A stretch of DNA of 62,941 bases. It comes from Pocillopora damicornis (Eukaryota). Positions 49,051 through 61,384 of this stretch are shown one piece after another. The stretch's first letter is position 1, and each line of letters begins with the position of its first letter. The notes beneath the pieces are model-generated. The model ran no database searches. It was not told the DNA's origin and saw only the letters and a list, made by a program, of their open reading frames with translations. The stretch covers positions 186,001 to 248,941 of the forward strand of contig NW_020845340.1 in NCBI RefSeq assembly GCF_003704095.1, read 5' to 3'. The translations under genes and the position numbers were made by a program.

Positions 49051-52000
49051 TTGAAACGCTGGAAAAATTGCTCCTACAGCAACCTGAAGACCAAAGTTGA
49101 ACGACGAGTTCTTACCTGTGTTTGAATCTATAGGATTATAATGTTGATAATAACATCTTAAATATGTTTAGTGAGGAATACAACGGCGAAGAACGAGGGA
49201 CTGACTATTGATGTTTTTCTCTTCCTCTAAGAGGTTCATATCAGGAAATGCGTTTGCAAGGCGGATGGCGGCTAAGTACACTAAAACTTCATTGAAATGC
49301 AAATAAGTAGGGTCAATCGAACGTCGTAAGTCGCTTTTGATATTTACTTAGAGCAGTGCTTCGTTAGTGAATCGACTGGAGGTTTTTTATTGTGGCGTAA
49401 CCATTCTAATCGACCATGGAAATTTTTTCAGCTGCATCAAGTAAGGACAAAATAAAACCACGAACGAATGTCGAAAAAAATCAACACAAATACTAATTAC
49501 TTAAGCTGAAATTAATACTAACGAAATGCAGACTGTTTATGTCCTTTGTGGAGGAAATTGTCTATTTAGTACAAAACATTTTCATTTCAAAGCTGCTCAA
49601 GGTTTCTTTGATGGCCCGCTGCGGTCACTCAGTGAAAAATGTTACGGAAAAAATTCGACGCCTTTATTGACCGTGTGATGCCATGACAAAGAGAATATCA
49701 TCCTGTCTTCACCCAATCTTTAATTTAAAGCACAATGTTTTTTTTTTGGATCAAAAACTTACGATATTTGTAAGGAGCACTGCCGACTGTCATCAATTAC
49801 ATCTTTAGGACAATATCCGTCTGGCATTGTTTGTCAAGCTTTCCTTCATTTCGGAAGAATAATTTAAAAAACAATATTGTTTACCCCTTGTTTTACAATA
49901 GAAAGAAAAAGTGTCACCTGCTTGGTTTGCGAAATATCCGTCATAGCCAAAATATAGGTGCGATATTGGTTGCTTAGTGTCTTAACGATGTAACTCCCCG
50001 ACAAAAAATAAAATCTACAAGACTATATATCTTTTTAAATGTTCTTCTTAAAAGAAAAAAAAAAAAAAAGAAGTTCACTGACACCCCAACATGTAGATAT
50101 GATGACATGATTTGTCGTAGAAGTCAACTTTTTCCCCCAGCAAGCGCTGTGATGTTTTCATCATTAATTTAAGATACCTATCCTAGCAAACACTCTTTTG
50201 TTTTTTATGTGCTTATTCCGCGATGGTTTAACGAAAAAAAGGAATCGCTTTCAAAAGCGTTTCGAGCGGACGCAGACGTGTTTCTGCGTCATATGTTACT
50301 AAGGAACTCAAGGCATAAGGTGTTTATAGTAATATGGTGCGCTTGACATAAAACTGTACACAATATCATCACAAGTTATCTTGTTTGTCTTGTTTATCTT
50401 CTGACTGTGCCGACTGAAGCAAAAAAATCAGATGTATTTAAAATACTTAATTCGTTATAATTTTGATGACAGATTTCTGAATAAAATAATTATCAATTAT
50501 TTCTCGTTAGTTTGCTTTTCAGCATTTTCGGCATTGGCAGACATGCGAGCAATTTTGGTAAAATTTGCTGAATGAAATTGCTCAGACACAATTTATTAAA
50601 TATTTATAGGACATCGTTTTATTGCCGGTTACGCTGTTCACCTTTAGTTACTTTGCACACGATTTTCTCCACAACTTTCTTCGTTACCGTCCTGTTTAAA
50701 ACAGAGGTTTAATAAAAAATTTAAAACTGAGAACAAACAACTGAGGCCATGCACTTTTTATCGAGCAGTTGGAAAGTTAGATTGTGATAAACATCACTGA
50801 ATTATTTATTCACCACCAGCTAGCAAACCAAGAAAAAAAAAAACAGAAAAATGTGTCCTCTTAGAGAGAACCTTTCCAGTAATGTATGATACTCGTTGTA
50901 ACGCTTTGCCGTGTTTCATTCAGTGGGTTAGATTAGTTGAAAACGTTACTATAATTTAGAGTCAATGACATAAAAGACATGCATGGTATAAATTACATAT
51001 TTGAGTGCCCGAAGGATCCTTTGATTGCTCTCCTTTAAACGCTAATTTTGCTGAGCTTTACAGTTGATGATCAGTACACGGAAAACTTGAAGACTGAACC
51101 AAAACAAATACAACAAAAACGGAGCCATTGTTAAGACTCAATAGGCCCTCAGGTGACTTGGCTGTGCATCAGTAATGAGTAACCTTTCTGTGTAAGTACT
51201 TGGAGTCAGAAAAGCAATCAGCCTAACATTGTGCGAGGACAATCTTTACTTTTCAGCCATCCATTAAAGATAACGCTTCTCTTAAGTAGGAGTTTGTTCG
51301 CAAAGTTTCCTCTCTAAGCTAAGCAAGAGCATACAAAGTTAATCATTCTTGTTTGGTGAAGTTACAAAGAAACACCCCAATCAAGCTTTACTGGAAAATG
51401 ACAAACACAACTGATGTGGAGGTAAAGGTAAGCTTTCAGCAATGGTTGAGTTCTTAACCGTACTAGCTTAAGGGCTTAGATTTCCCGTAAAATGTTCCTT
51501 ACAAGGACTTTTATTAAGCTTGTTGCCCATTGTGAATGTGAATAAAAACGTGATTGGTGGTTTGATTTCATGCCCGATCCTGATCAAACTTTGTCGATAT
51601 CAAACTGATATGACTCCACAGCTGTGTTGATTTTTTTGACTATGGGCACAAGCATGAACAAAATCGTTCGAGATATACTTTAGCGCCACACATTTTCTCA
51701 TCAAGCAAACGTGTTCAGTGTTGTGTTTTTTTCAAATTGAAGCGTTGATAGTTTTAAATCATTTGGTATCCAGTGGAAACTTACTCACTTTTCAAAGAAT
51801 GCATACGCATCTTTTTTGGAAAAAACATTTTCCAACCATCGTTAAATTTTCATGCAATGACAATTTGTAAACGTTTGCTTACCTGAGCAAACTTATTCAC
51901 TATTCAAAGATTATTGCATCTTTTTTCCATCCCCGTAGTTACGAAATAGATTAAAAAACATTAACATTATGCAAAATCGAACACGCATTTGCCGGTACTT

Positions 52001-53572
52001 CATTTGAGTAACGTGTGCAAATTTCAAGAAAATGTGGTCTTTACGATTTTTGCTTTCAGAGATGTATAGATATAAATTTAAAAAGATGATGATCTTAATA
52101 GTCCTTAGTGAAACTGACAAAAGTAAAACAAAAAAAATAAACAAAAAAGGCATTTCATGAAAATTTGCCATCCATCCCCCTCAACATTTTGGTTCAGTAT
52201 TAAATGTGTTAAATTCGCTGAGTGAGCTGACCTCATATTAAGCAGTTAAAAATCCTACGGAAGTGTAAGATTATCATAGCAATCTTACTGTATTAAAGAT
52301 TAATTTATGTTTAAACAATGAAGCTTTACATTACCTATTAAGTCTGAGACTTATAAATTCATTTTCTTAAATTTGAACTCCACGGCGATAGAAAAGTCAT
52401 TGCTGACCGGCATTTTGACGTCGGTTTGTAAACTTTTTACATAATCTGCACTGATCAATGATTATCTAAGGAAACATATCGCAAAAAAGGGCTTTTGGGG
52501 GTAGATTTTTTACCTATGCAAGAATGAAAATCTGTGGCAATAACTGCCTTTCGTAATATCGGAACTGAATTAACATACTGCTTAATATTTCGTATCATTT
52601 GTCCTTTTATTTCTTCAGTGTTTGGAAGAGCTTTTGGCCTGATACCTGATACCTTTACCAACTGTTGACAAGGATGCATGACTGACTTTAATAACGATGT
52701 CAGTGGTTGCAATTATATTTATTTCACTCGCAAAATCTACCTAGGGACTAAAAAGTATGAATAACTAAATTGAAACAGACAGAAGCTTCTGGCTAACATA
52801 ATTTTGTTTGTGGGGTTTCTCTCCTCCCTTACCTTTTGTGATCATTATTTGTACCATCGGCATACCGCCCATGTTCTTTCATTAACATCAGTCTGCTTTA
52901 CTCAGACTGAAAGAGGAGACGTCGCAGGATAAGGCGTCCAGTGGCGATCATGAATTGAAAAGGTCAACCGAAAAAAAAAAAATCTTGACTGCGTCATATG
53001 GACCAAAATATTTGTGAACATTTCAGTAATTGTTAAATGAAGATTTCATTTCTGCTGTTAAACAAAGATATTCCATTTCGTCTTGTTTCTGCTCAGTTCA
53101 AGATCACATTCGGCGTCAAATGAGCCTTAAAGCAAAAGCAGGCTGCCTCACCTGAGTGTGAGTCATCGATGAAGTCGAATCTATGTGTCATATAAAATAG
53201 GCAGAAAAGCGAAATAGGTCGCAAACTTACCTCAGATCAATTGTGTCAGTTTAGGTACTATTTAAGTCAGCAAGAGTTCTTTTTGAATCGGTTTCCTGTT
53301 TTTAGAGGGAGCCAACAGCTCGTGGTTTTCGCTATAGCCTTTCTTTGTGCGATGAATCCGTCAAACGCTTTTAATTTGATAGCTGATAGTCAACAGCCAA
53401 TCAAAGATAATGCGTGTCTCGGTTTATATTCCATTCAAATCAATCGTGCACCTGCACAACACAAAGGTAAAATTGCAGACTGGGCAAAGTCTGGATGATA
53501 GATAAGGAGACTGCGCTTCATCTTTAGCCAGCTAGCGGTGTTTTATTGTGACATATGAAGAACACAGTCTAA

Positions 53573-53778
53573 TACCCCATTCACACCAGCAAAACATGTT
53601 TTGTTAAACTGGTTTTCATTGAATGAAAATTATAAACAGAGAACTGAAAAACTTGATTTTCCATTGGATTCAAGTACTTGCTAACTTGCATTTCCAATGT
53701 GCTACATTCAAGTCAAAAATATTCGGTTAAATAGTTTCTATGAAGAAAAAAAAAATTAAACTGTGTTTAACAAAACAA

Positions 53779-53809
<31 letters not shown>

Positions 53810-53815
53810 GGGGCA
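53573..53815. mobile_element. PIF/Harbinger-type MITE
   Basis: TAA-TACCCCATTCACACCA ... TGGTGTGAATGGGGCA-TAA. Confidence 0.7.
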
Positions 53816-55510
53816 TAAGATACGTAAACTGTGGTCTCCTTATTAAATGAAAACATTCAAACCACGGGGCCTAATTGAAAGGTTAATTATTATTATCATT
53901 TTATCTGGACTGAAATGCAAGTATTTTGCAATTCGTTCGCTATCTTAAGATTTTATTTTTATACCTATCACGATAGAACTAGGCACAAACCTTTTACACA
54001 TTTGCTTAGGTCAGATCCGTGTCTCTAATTAGTTTACAGATTCAAGTTAAACATAATTGCAAATGTTATCGGTGCGGTCAACAAAAAGGAACCATCTCTT
54101 CCAAAAACAGCTTTGTTTCTCGCCCCCTACTGATTACCCTCATGCCAGTTTTGTTTGCATAAGGCCGGGTCGCATTACAGACGATTTTGCGGAAAATTGT
54201 TTTGTCGAGGGACTAAAATCTGTCAACACACCTGTTTTCTAATGCGACCCCTCATTTTTGATTTTTCAAACATTTCAAAATCGGGAAAAAAACATCAAAG
54301 ATGCCGGCGTGCTTGGGTGAGGCTGACCAATTTTTTTCCAAATCTCGAAAAACCAAAAGAGCCCGCCGCCAAAGCTGTCAACAGTTGAAAAGAATGACTC
54401 CCCATATAGACGGCAAGGTCACGAAAGTGAGAAAGAGCGCGAAATTTCATCACTCATGACTGACTCTTTCATTGCGTGTAGTTCGAAGCTACAGCATGGA
54501 CGGGCGAGATTTCCCCTTTCCTTACTACGGCCATCAAATGCCAAGAAGTGAGCAGTATTCCTTCCTTCAAGAGCTAGGCAACACACCCCCAATTTGGCCT
54601 GTTGTGAGAGCGGAACGAAGGAAACCTGAGAGTCACTGTTACCCTAATCGGCCGCATGGCTAGTGCGTGACTGAACACAATTTCACCGCTCAAATTTCCC
54701 CTGTGTGACTGACGCTTGCATTTTCACTTGTTGAAATGCGACCGTAAGAGCTCAAATTATTTTTTATTTCTGGTCTAATGCAATTTGATTTTCTAGCCGA
54801 TTTTTTCAAGACAAAATAAAAATTGGTCTGTAATACGACCCGGCCCTAACGCAATTAGTAGTATTACTTGTCTTCCTGGACGGGATGTTAAACAAACATC
54901 TCAATAACTCGCATTTAACTCTTGACTAATTTAATAAGTTTCCCGCGCGTTCCTGGCTGGAGAGTGGAAATGCGAGAGTCATGAGTCTTGAGAAGAGAAT
55001 GCAACTTGGAATAAAATGACCCAGCCAAGAACTCGATTTAGCCCTTTCGATCCAAGTTCAGCGCTTTAAGCACCAGAGTATCCCATCTCCCAAAATTAAA
55101 GTCAAATATTAATACTAAATATTAATGGTGCGTCTTTAACAACAACACTGAGAGGACCTTTAGAAAAGGTACATTTGTTTATCTCTACCTTTCCTATGAT
55201 AATTGTAAAATCATTTCAACGTCAATTTTTAATTTCGAGCAGTGATGTGCTGAACATAAAAGACGTATCTTTAGATTTGCCTTGGCTGATTATTGTTTGT
55301 CGTATGCATTGTTTCTAAGCAAACAATTGTGAAACTTTGGCGCGTTGTGTCAGGATTTAAAAACATACTCTACAAAAAGTTCTGTTCTTTCTTCCCTTTT
55401 GACGGGTCAAAGGGAAAATTGTTATTCATTGGCTGTATATTCATACTCCTGTTCTATCCCACTTGACAAATAACATGAGATTCTTAAAAAAAAGTTTCAA
55501 ATTCCTGTTA

Positions 55511-56398
55511 CTACTCATGCTCGCCATGGTTACGCTTGTCACCGAAGGTTTTTTCGCAAATGAGAATTTTTATTTTCTTTTTAATGTCTTTCTTTAAAAG
55601 AGCATAAACCATGGGGTTCACCATAGAGTTTAGAACCAGAAGTAAACTAACAACCTGCCCTGCTCTGTCAGACACATTGCAAGAAGGTATGGTGAGGCAT
55701 ACTATGAGATAATTTACAACGGTATGACATCCCAAGAAAAATACATTAACAGCAATTATAAATCCTGCAGCTGTCTCGTTCTTGTTACTTCTGCGTAAGG
55801 TCAAGCCAAAGTTAGATCTAAGTTGTCGTTCCATAAGAGATTTCTGTCGCGATTGTGCTCGTGCAACAAGTAGGATACGAACAACAGCATAAAGAAGAAA
55901 CATACATAATATTATGTAGAAAGCTGAGACACAGGTCAACCGCATAATTTTGTGAACAGTAGTGGAGCTTGTTGCGAACATGCCCAAAACAAGGGCCAAT
56001 GAAACTGCCAGAGGAATCAACCATGCAACTAAGATAGTCATACGAGGCCGTTTTACGGTCATTGAAGTATTGTATTTGAATGGATGAACGATGGCGAGGT
56101 AGCGATTCCAAGTTAATGCGCAAAGATTTGTGACTGAGGCGTGCATGACAAACCAGTATAAAGCCATCCAAAATATCATGACTATCCTGTTGCAATGTGT
56201 TGTGTTTACACAGTAATAACCCGATGGAAAGAGGACGGCACCGACTGTAAAATCAGCAACTGCTAAGGAGACGACAAACCAGTTGGCCGGCGAATGTAGA
56301 TTGCGAGTTTTGGTGATAAGGAAAACTACTAAACCATTTCCAGTTGCTGTAAAAATAGAGAGAAACCAACCAGTAAAATTCAAAATGTTATCTGTCAT
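55511..56398 (-). CDS. Class A orphan GPCR, array paralog 6 (295 aa from MTDNILNF)
   Basis: 7TM pattern with LHSPANWFVVSLAVAD, WNRY and NPMVY; first true ATG at 56398. Confidence 0.93.
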   Translation of the reverse strand: MTDNILNFTGWFLSIFTATGNGLVVFLITKTRNLHSPANWFVVSLAVADFTVGAVLFPSGYYCVNTTHCNRIVMIFWMALYWFVMHASVTNLCALTWNRYLAIVHPFKYNTSMTVKRPRMTILVAWLIPLAVSLALVLGMFATSSTTVHKIMRLTCVSAFYIILCMFLLYAVVRILLVARAQSRQKSLMERQLRSNFGLTLRRSNKNETAAGFIIAVNVFFLGCHTVVNYLIVCLTIPSCNVSDRAGQVVSLLLVLNSMVNPMVYALLKKDIKKKIKILICEKTFGDKRNHGEHE

Positions 56399-57479
56399 TT
56401 CAAAACTGCCAGGGTTGTATTTCAAAGCGCAAGAAGAGTATTAAAAGCGTTGCGAACGGAAGAAAGTTCAGAAGAAAGGTGTCGGGGAGAGGACGATACG
56501 ATCGATGTGTTTTCAGGCCTAACAAGGTGTTTTCCACAACTCCTTTGTTATCAGTTTGCCCTGCGAAAGTTTGGGTCGACCACCTGGTTTTGATAGATTG
56601 TTCAGTACGTTTAACTGTCGTTATTCAGCTCACGCACAGTTAAAAGGCGCCATAAAGGGTGTTCTCTGCCTCAATGTTCTCTGTCTTTAGACCTAAGGCC
56701 GTTGTTGACTAAGGTTACGGGTAAGGTGACGTTCGCTCTCTAATTAAAGAACCTTATTATGTGCATTAATCATCATCTAACAAAGGACTATCGCCCATAT
56801 GAATTGGGTTCCAAATTGTGGGTCACGTCTGGTTGAAATTTAAATTCGAAGAAAACTGAAAATTGGTTCAATCTAGACTGCTGGCAGAGACCATTAAGTA
56901 CGACTGAAAATAACGTACCCGAGGACAAGACAAAAAAAATTGAGGTGACTTCTTATTTATCGATGAATAAACAAAACGCATACAAAGGTTAACGGTTTTG
57001 TATGGGTGATGCAGCTGTTCTTTTTGTCTTGGGTTTACAGCCGTTCGGTTAGTTCGGCAGGACCTTCGTTCGATAATCGACAGTCATCTTTAACATCTTC
57101 TTGAATATATCAAGAGGGTTAAAACGAAGCAAATCGTCTGCTGTGGGTCCTGTAAAACCTTGAGGAAACAATGACCTTAAATCCTAAGATCCTCCTTTGT
57201 CAGCAAACAATAAAATAATAGTCGACAATTTTCCTAATTGTTCGTTTTCTATCTTCTACTTTAGCATTGACGCCATAATGGGAGTTTTCGTACTTACAAT
57301 GCTGCTTGTTAAGCAGAACTGCTTTGAATAAAACTGAAGTGATTTTCGGGATGTGGGCCTTTTTGTCAATTCGTCGAGATTAATTATGCAGTTTTGAATA
57401 TCTGCAAGCTTAGCACAGTAATCACTTGTATGAAATGGACACCATAGCCGTTGACTGGATTTAGTTAGGTATCGTTGTT

Positions 57480-58017
57480 AATAAAGTAAGAAACCTTTAC
57501 TTCAATAGGATAGCTCCTTCAGTTGTTGCACAAGATAAGGACTGCTATCCATAGCGGCCCTACATATATGAAAACTAAATTGACTTGAAATATTAGTGAA
57601 TATTAACGGTACCTGTCGTGTACATGTTTATGTTTTTCCTGAGTCGGGCTAATATTGCTAATCTCTTTCTAACCTTACCGATCAAGTGTTCAACGTGCGC
57701 ATTCCACGTAAGCGATGCATCGAGAACAACTCCAAGATATTTATACTCAGAAGCGCTACTAAGTGCTTTTTAATCAATAACTACAGAGAAAGAAGTAGAA
57801 AGTGCCAGCCTGGGGCCAATGCCAAATAACAGACACTCCGTTTTGCTCTTATGCATAAACAAATCATTATCTTTGAGCCATTTATTTACCAGTGCCAATT
57901 CGTTTGTCAAAGTGTTCACTATTCCTTGAGAATCAAAATTTGGCATTCAGTTAAAACCTTGGAGAGATCATTTATAAACAAAACAAACAATATCGGACCT
58001 AAAATTGATCCTTGGGG
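57480..58017 (-). mobile_element. Decayed LINE (CR1/L2-type) reverse transcriptase fragment and probable 3' tail
   Basis: The minus strand reads PQGSILGPILFVLFINDL...(YADD segment deleted, frameshift)...KWLKDNDLFMHKSKTECLLFG...*...YKYLGVVLDASLTWNAHVEHL. Confidence 0.85.
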
Positions 58018-58245
58018 GCGTAATTAGACTATAATCAGGGGTCTCTTTGCCAACGCTAACAACAATTGCGTATTAAGATATCAATTAATTTACAATTTTG
58101 TAAAAGTAAGCGACCAATGAGGTTTTATTAAATTCTGCTGTTTGCTACAATTGACGAAATCTACCGAAACTTCCCACGCACCTCAATATAATAACTGTAA
58201 CCACAAAAACACTCCTAAAAGTATTTCTGAATTGCACTGGGATTA

Positions 58246-58458
58246 TTAACCCTTACGCTCCAAAGATCTCAAAAGCAATTCTCCTTACCGTTTGTCCTAC
58301 AATTCGTAATAAGTAACTTTGGAGAATTTGGTATTGGATCAACTAATATTCCAATTATTGATAATTTTTTTTTAGTCTTATAACTTTTCTTTTTTATGTA
58401 GTGTTAATTTTGTAAGGAGAAATCATGTCTTGGTCACTCACGAGAGTTAAGGGGTTAA
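58246..58458. mobile_element. piggyBac-type MITE whose TTAA target overlaps the stop codon of GPCR 7
   Basis: TTAACCCTTACGCTC ... GAGAGTTAAGGGGTTAA; the right TTAA is 58455-58458. Confidence 0.8.
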
Positions 58459-59438
58459 TGTGGTAGCCTGTAAGCGCTGGCGGACCTGGGTCTTTTGCAT
58501 CGAATCAACTGCAACATGGAGCGGTGGAAGTCTTTGTTCCTGAGAGAGTAAACTATAGGATTGATAACGCCATTACTACAAGTCAGCCACACACTAACAA
58601 CCCCAAGTTGTCCTACAACACAGGACTGACTACCGATAGCATAAAAAATTTCCAAAATTAAAACTGGCATCCACACAATGACCAGAAACATAAACACAAA
58701 GGCAACAGTTTTTGCCATTTTAACTTCAAGTCTAGTTTCCGTGACGGTATCAGAACTAGTGGCAGTTCCGGGATGTACCTGACCGCGTGACAAGAGTTGT
58801 TGTCGGTTCTCCACTGCCTTCTTGTATATTTTGTAGTAAAATGCACTAATCAAAAGCAGTGGAAGAACTATGTGCATGGCCAAGAACGCGTAATAAAATT
58901 TGAAATTAACGTTCCATTCATATGTTTCTTCCGTAATTGGCTCAAAGGCAAAAAGACCCATTAATACTACGATAGTTACATCGTAGATCCAGACTAATCC
59001 AACGATCACAAATGTTCTCCGCCATGAAGCAATATCCCTGTATCGTACCACGGACATCACTGCTCTGTAGCGGTCTACTGTGATAACTAGCAGGGTGATG
59101 AAAGAACCTGCTATTGAGAATAGCCATACAGAGTTAAGAAAATTTGTTCCTGTGGAGCCAAGTGGCCACTTTGGGTACGACCATACATATGTCATCTCTA
59201 GTGGTATCAATCCGATTGAGATACTAATGTCTGTCAACGCCAAACTCAAAAGATAGCCGTTTGAAGGTCTGCGTAATTTTTTGTCGATGCTAATCACGAT
59301 GGTCACCAAAACATTCTCGGATAAAGACAGCAAAAATGTCGCAACAAACAGAATGGATATGGGAATCCGAAAACTTAACTCGAATATGCACGCTTCTGTG
59401 TCGGCAGTTTCGTTCGTCGAGTCATTCATCGTCCGCAT
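58455..59438 (-). CDS. Class A orphan GPCR of biogenic-amine-receptor-like scaffold (327 aa), not part of the six-paralog clade
   Basis: N-glycosylation sequons NDS and NET; LLSLALTD, WPLG, VDRY, P5.50 (VLPLL), KMAKT, WMP and NPIVY motifs. Confidence 0.93.
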   Translation of the reverse strand: MRTMNDSTNETADTEACIFELSFRIPISILFVATFLLSLSENVLVTIVISIDKKLRRPSNGYLLSLALTDISISIGLIPLEMTYVWSYPKWPLGSTGTNFLNSVWLFSIAGSFITLLVITVDRYRAVMSVVRYRDIASWRRTFVIVGLVWIYDVTIVVLMGLFAFEPITEETYEWNVNFKFYYAFLAMHIVLPLLLISAFYYKIYKKAVENRQQLLSRGQVHPGTATSSDTVTETRLEVKMAKTVAFVFMFLVIVWMPVLILEIFYAIGSQSCVVGQLGVVSVWLTCSNGVINPIVYSLRNKDFHRSMLQLIRCKRPRSASAYRLPH

Positions 59439-60425
59439 CGAATTTTCTTCCGCAAGAGCAGCTGGAAAGATAACATTAGGTAAACATTCTTGACCTGATA
59501 TCGTAAATGTGAAAGAAATACCATTACATATCGCGAATTTTTAAGATTAAGAGAGGCTAAGATCTGTAATAGCTTTCAACGGCAAGATTGTTTCACTTTC
59601 CGTTGCTCATGCAAAGTGCCCGTTGACTTCCGCTATTTCTCAGAAGGATATTAATAGAACTCTTTCCGCCTCAGAAGAAATATCTATCAGTTGTTGTCAC
59701 GGTTTGCGGAAGTATTCACTTCAGGAGAGCAGTTCCCGCATAAAAGCAGAGTATTATAATGGGACACTTCTCCCAATTAACTAATGACAAATACCTGTAA
59801 AATGTCACGTTTCGTTAATAAAAAATAGAACAGAACCTGTGTGACATACTCTAGTGTGACAATACTTTACGCATGGCGCAAAATTTTATGACTTGTGAAT
59901 ACATTTGTTTATTACTGTAGAATACGAAATTTGTAGTGAAACCAAAAGTTCACGTGGATGACTCACATAATGATGGTGTTAACGTTTATTTAATTTGATA
60001 GAAAAAATTGTTAAAGAGTAAATTTTAACGACCTCGTGGACCAAAATACTTGTTCAGAAGTACGAACCTTTGCCAATTCTGTGAGTTCTTCTTACTAATT
60101 ATTCAACAATTAGAATTAAAATTGCAATCTTAGATAATGTGATGCAATGTAAGGTTCTAGAATGATCTTAAATATACTTAAAAAAAAAACATCACGCAAC
60201 GTCAAGCTACGTCAGGCAACTCATAACTGAAGCATTTGCTTAATTGACGCCGCATGACGGGGTCCTACCGATTATCCTTACATCATTGATCAAACGCTTT
60301 GAGGGCAACGCTCTCCTGAATGTAGNNNNNNNNNNNNNNNNNNNNNNNNNNNNNNNNNNNNNNNNNNNNNNNNNNNNNNNNNNNNNNNNNNNNNNNNNNN
60401 NNNNNNNNNNNNNNNNNNNNNNNNN

Positions 60426-60697
60426 GATTTGCTCTTTTAACAGCAGCTGCTTCGTACATTGGTGAACGATTTTGTTAAAAAAAAGCGTTGCTCGATGTAT
60501 TTTAAACGCCTTTGTTTTTTCGCGTTTTCATGCAATGTTCCCTATATCGCATGAGATAAATTGAACTGTCACATGACATTCACGCCATCAGGTGGCATGA
60601 TGAAATAACGTTTACGGGCTTCGTGTACCCTAGGAAGTGTAACTCGATCTGTGACAATTGTCAAGGATTAAAAGTCAAGATAATTGCTTTTTTTTTT
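60426..60697 (-). repeat. Inverted copy of 43128-43399, truncated by an assembly gap
   Basis: Reverse-complement match beginning immediately after the N run at 60326-60425. Confidence 0.9.
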
Positions 60698-61384
60698 AAA
60701 AAAAAAAAAAAAAAAAAAACCTTTCAGTTTTTACGTTTCTAAGTACCGTAATCAAGAATAAAGGATAATCAATAAGACACAAGGATGAGTGCTTGAAATC
60801 AGTAAATCTCTACCTCCGATCAGATATGTTTATGCCCTGAGAACCGAAACCCGCTACAAGAAAAGCAACGTTAATTCATTCAGGAGGATGGGTCTAGATG
60901 GCTTTGAAGTGAACTGAGCTCATATTTTAAAAAGGCATATTGCACCTTCAAATGAGAGCAGCCTTGAGAGGTGTGAGGTGCTGGTATCCCATGAAAAGCC
61001 CCTGGAACTGAAATTTAACAAAACAAGTGAAGTTCTTATCATTAAATTTCATTATGGATACTGGAATGTGAGCGGCATCCTGAAACATTGAACAAACAGG
61101 TGATATATCACTGGGTCCATTGGTTTTAATCATATGTGGACAAATTTGACTTGACATATAAATTTTTCAAGAATTTTTTTTATATACATATTAACTTGGG
61201 CTGTGTTAAATATTGAAATAAACTACCAAATCTCTTTTTGGATCATACATGTATGTGTAGAAATAATTGTGTCATCAAGTTTAATGTTATGTAGGTGGAA
61301 ATCAAGTGACACTTTTTTTAGATACCACACCATAATGGAAAAAAGGTTACATAACCTACACCTAATTGTTTGAGTTCAGGACTG

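Noticed and set aside
49085-49116. Apparent GTAAG...TTCAG intron in the 5' region of paralog 5
   Set aside because: Only ~32 nt, too short for a typical intron; the sites may be used separately but there is no support.
52455-52712. 85-aa minus-strand ORF
   Set aside because: Non-ATG start and no recognisable family.
23337-59438. Assigning adrenergic, histamine, octopamine or adenosine receptor gene symbols
   Set aside because: All seven lack Asp3.32 and the ECL2 Cys, and orthology cannot be supported from sequence inspection.
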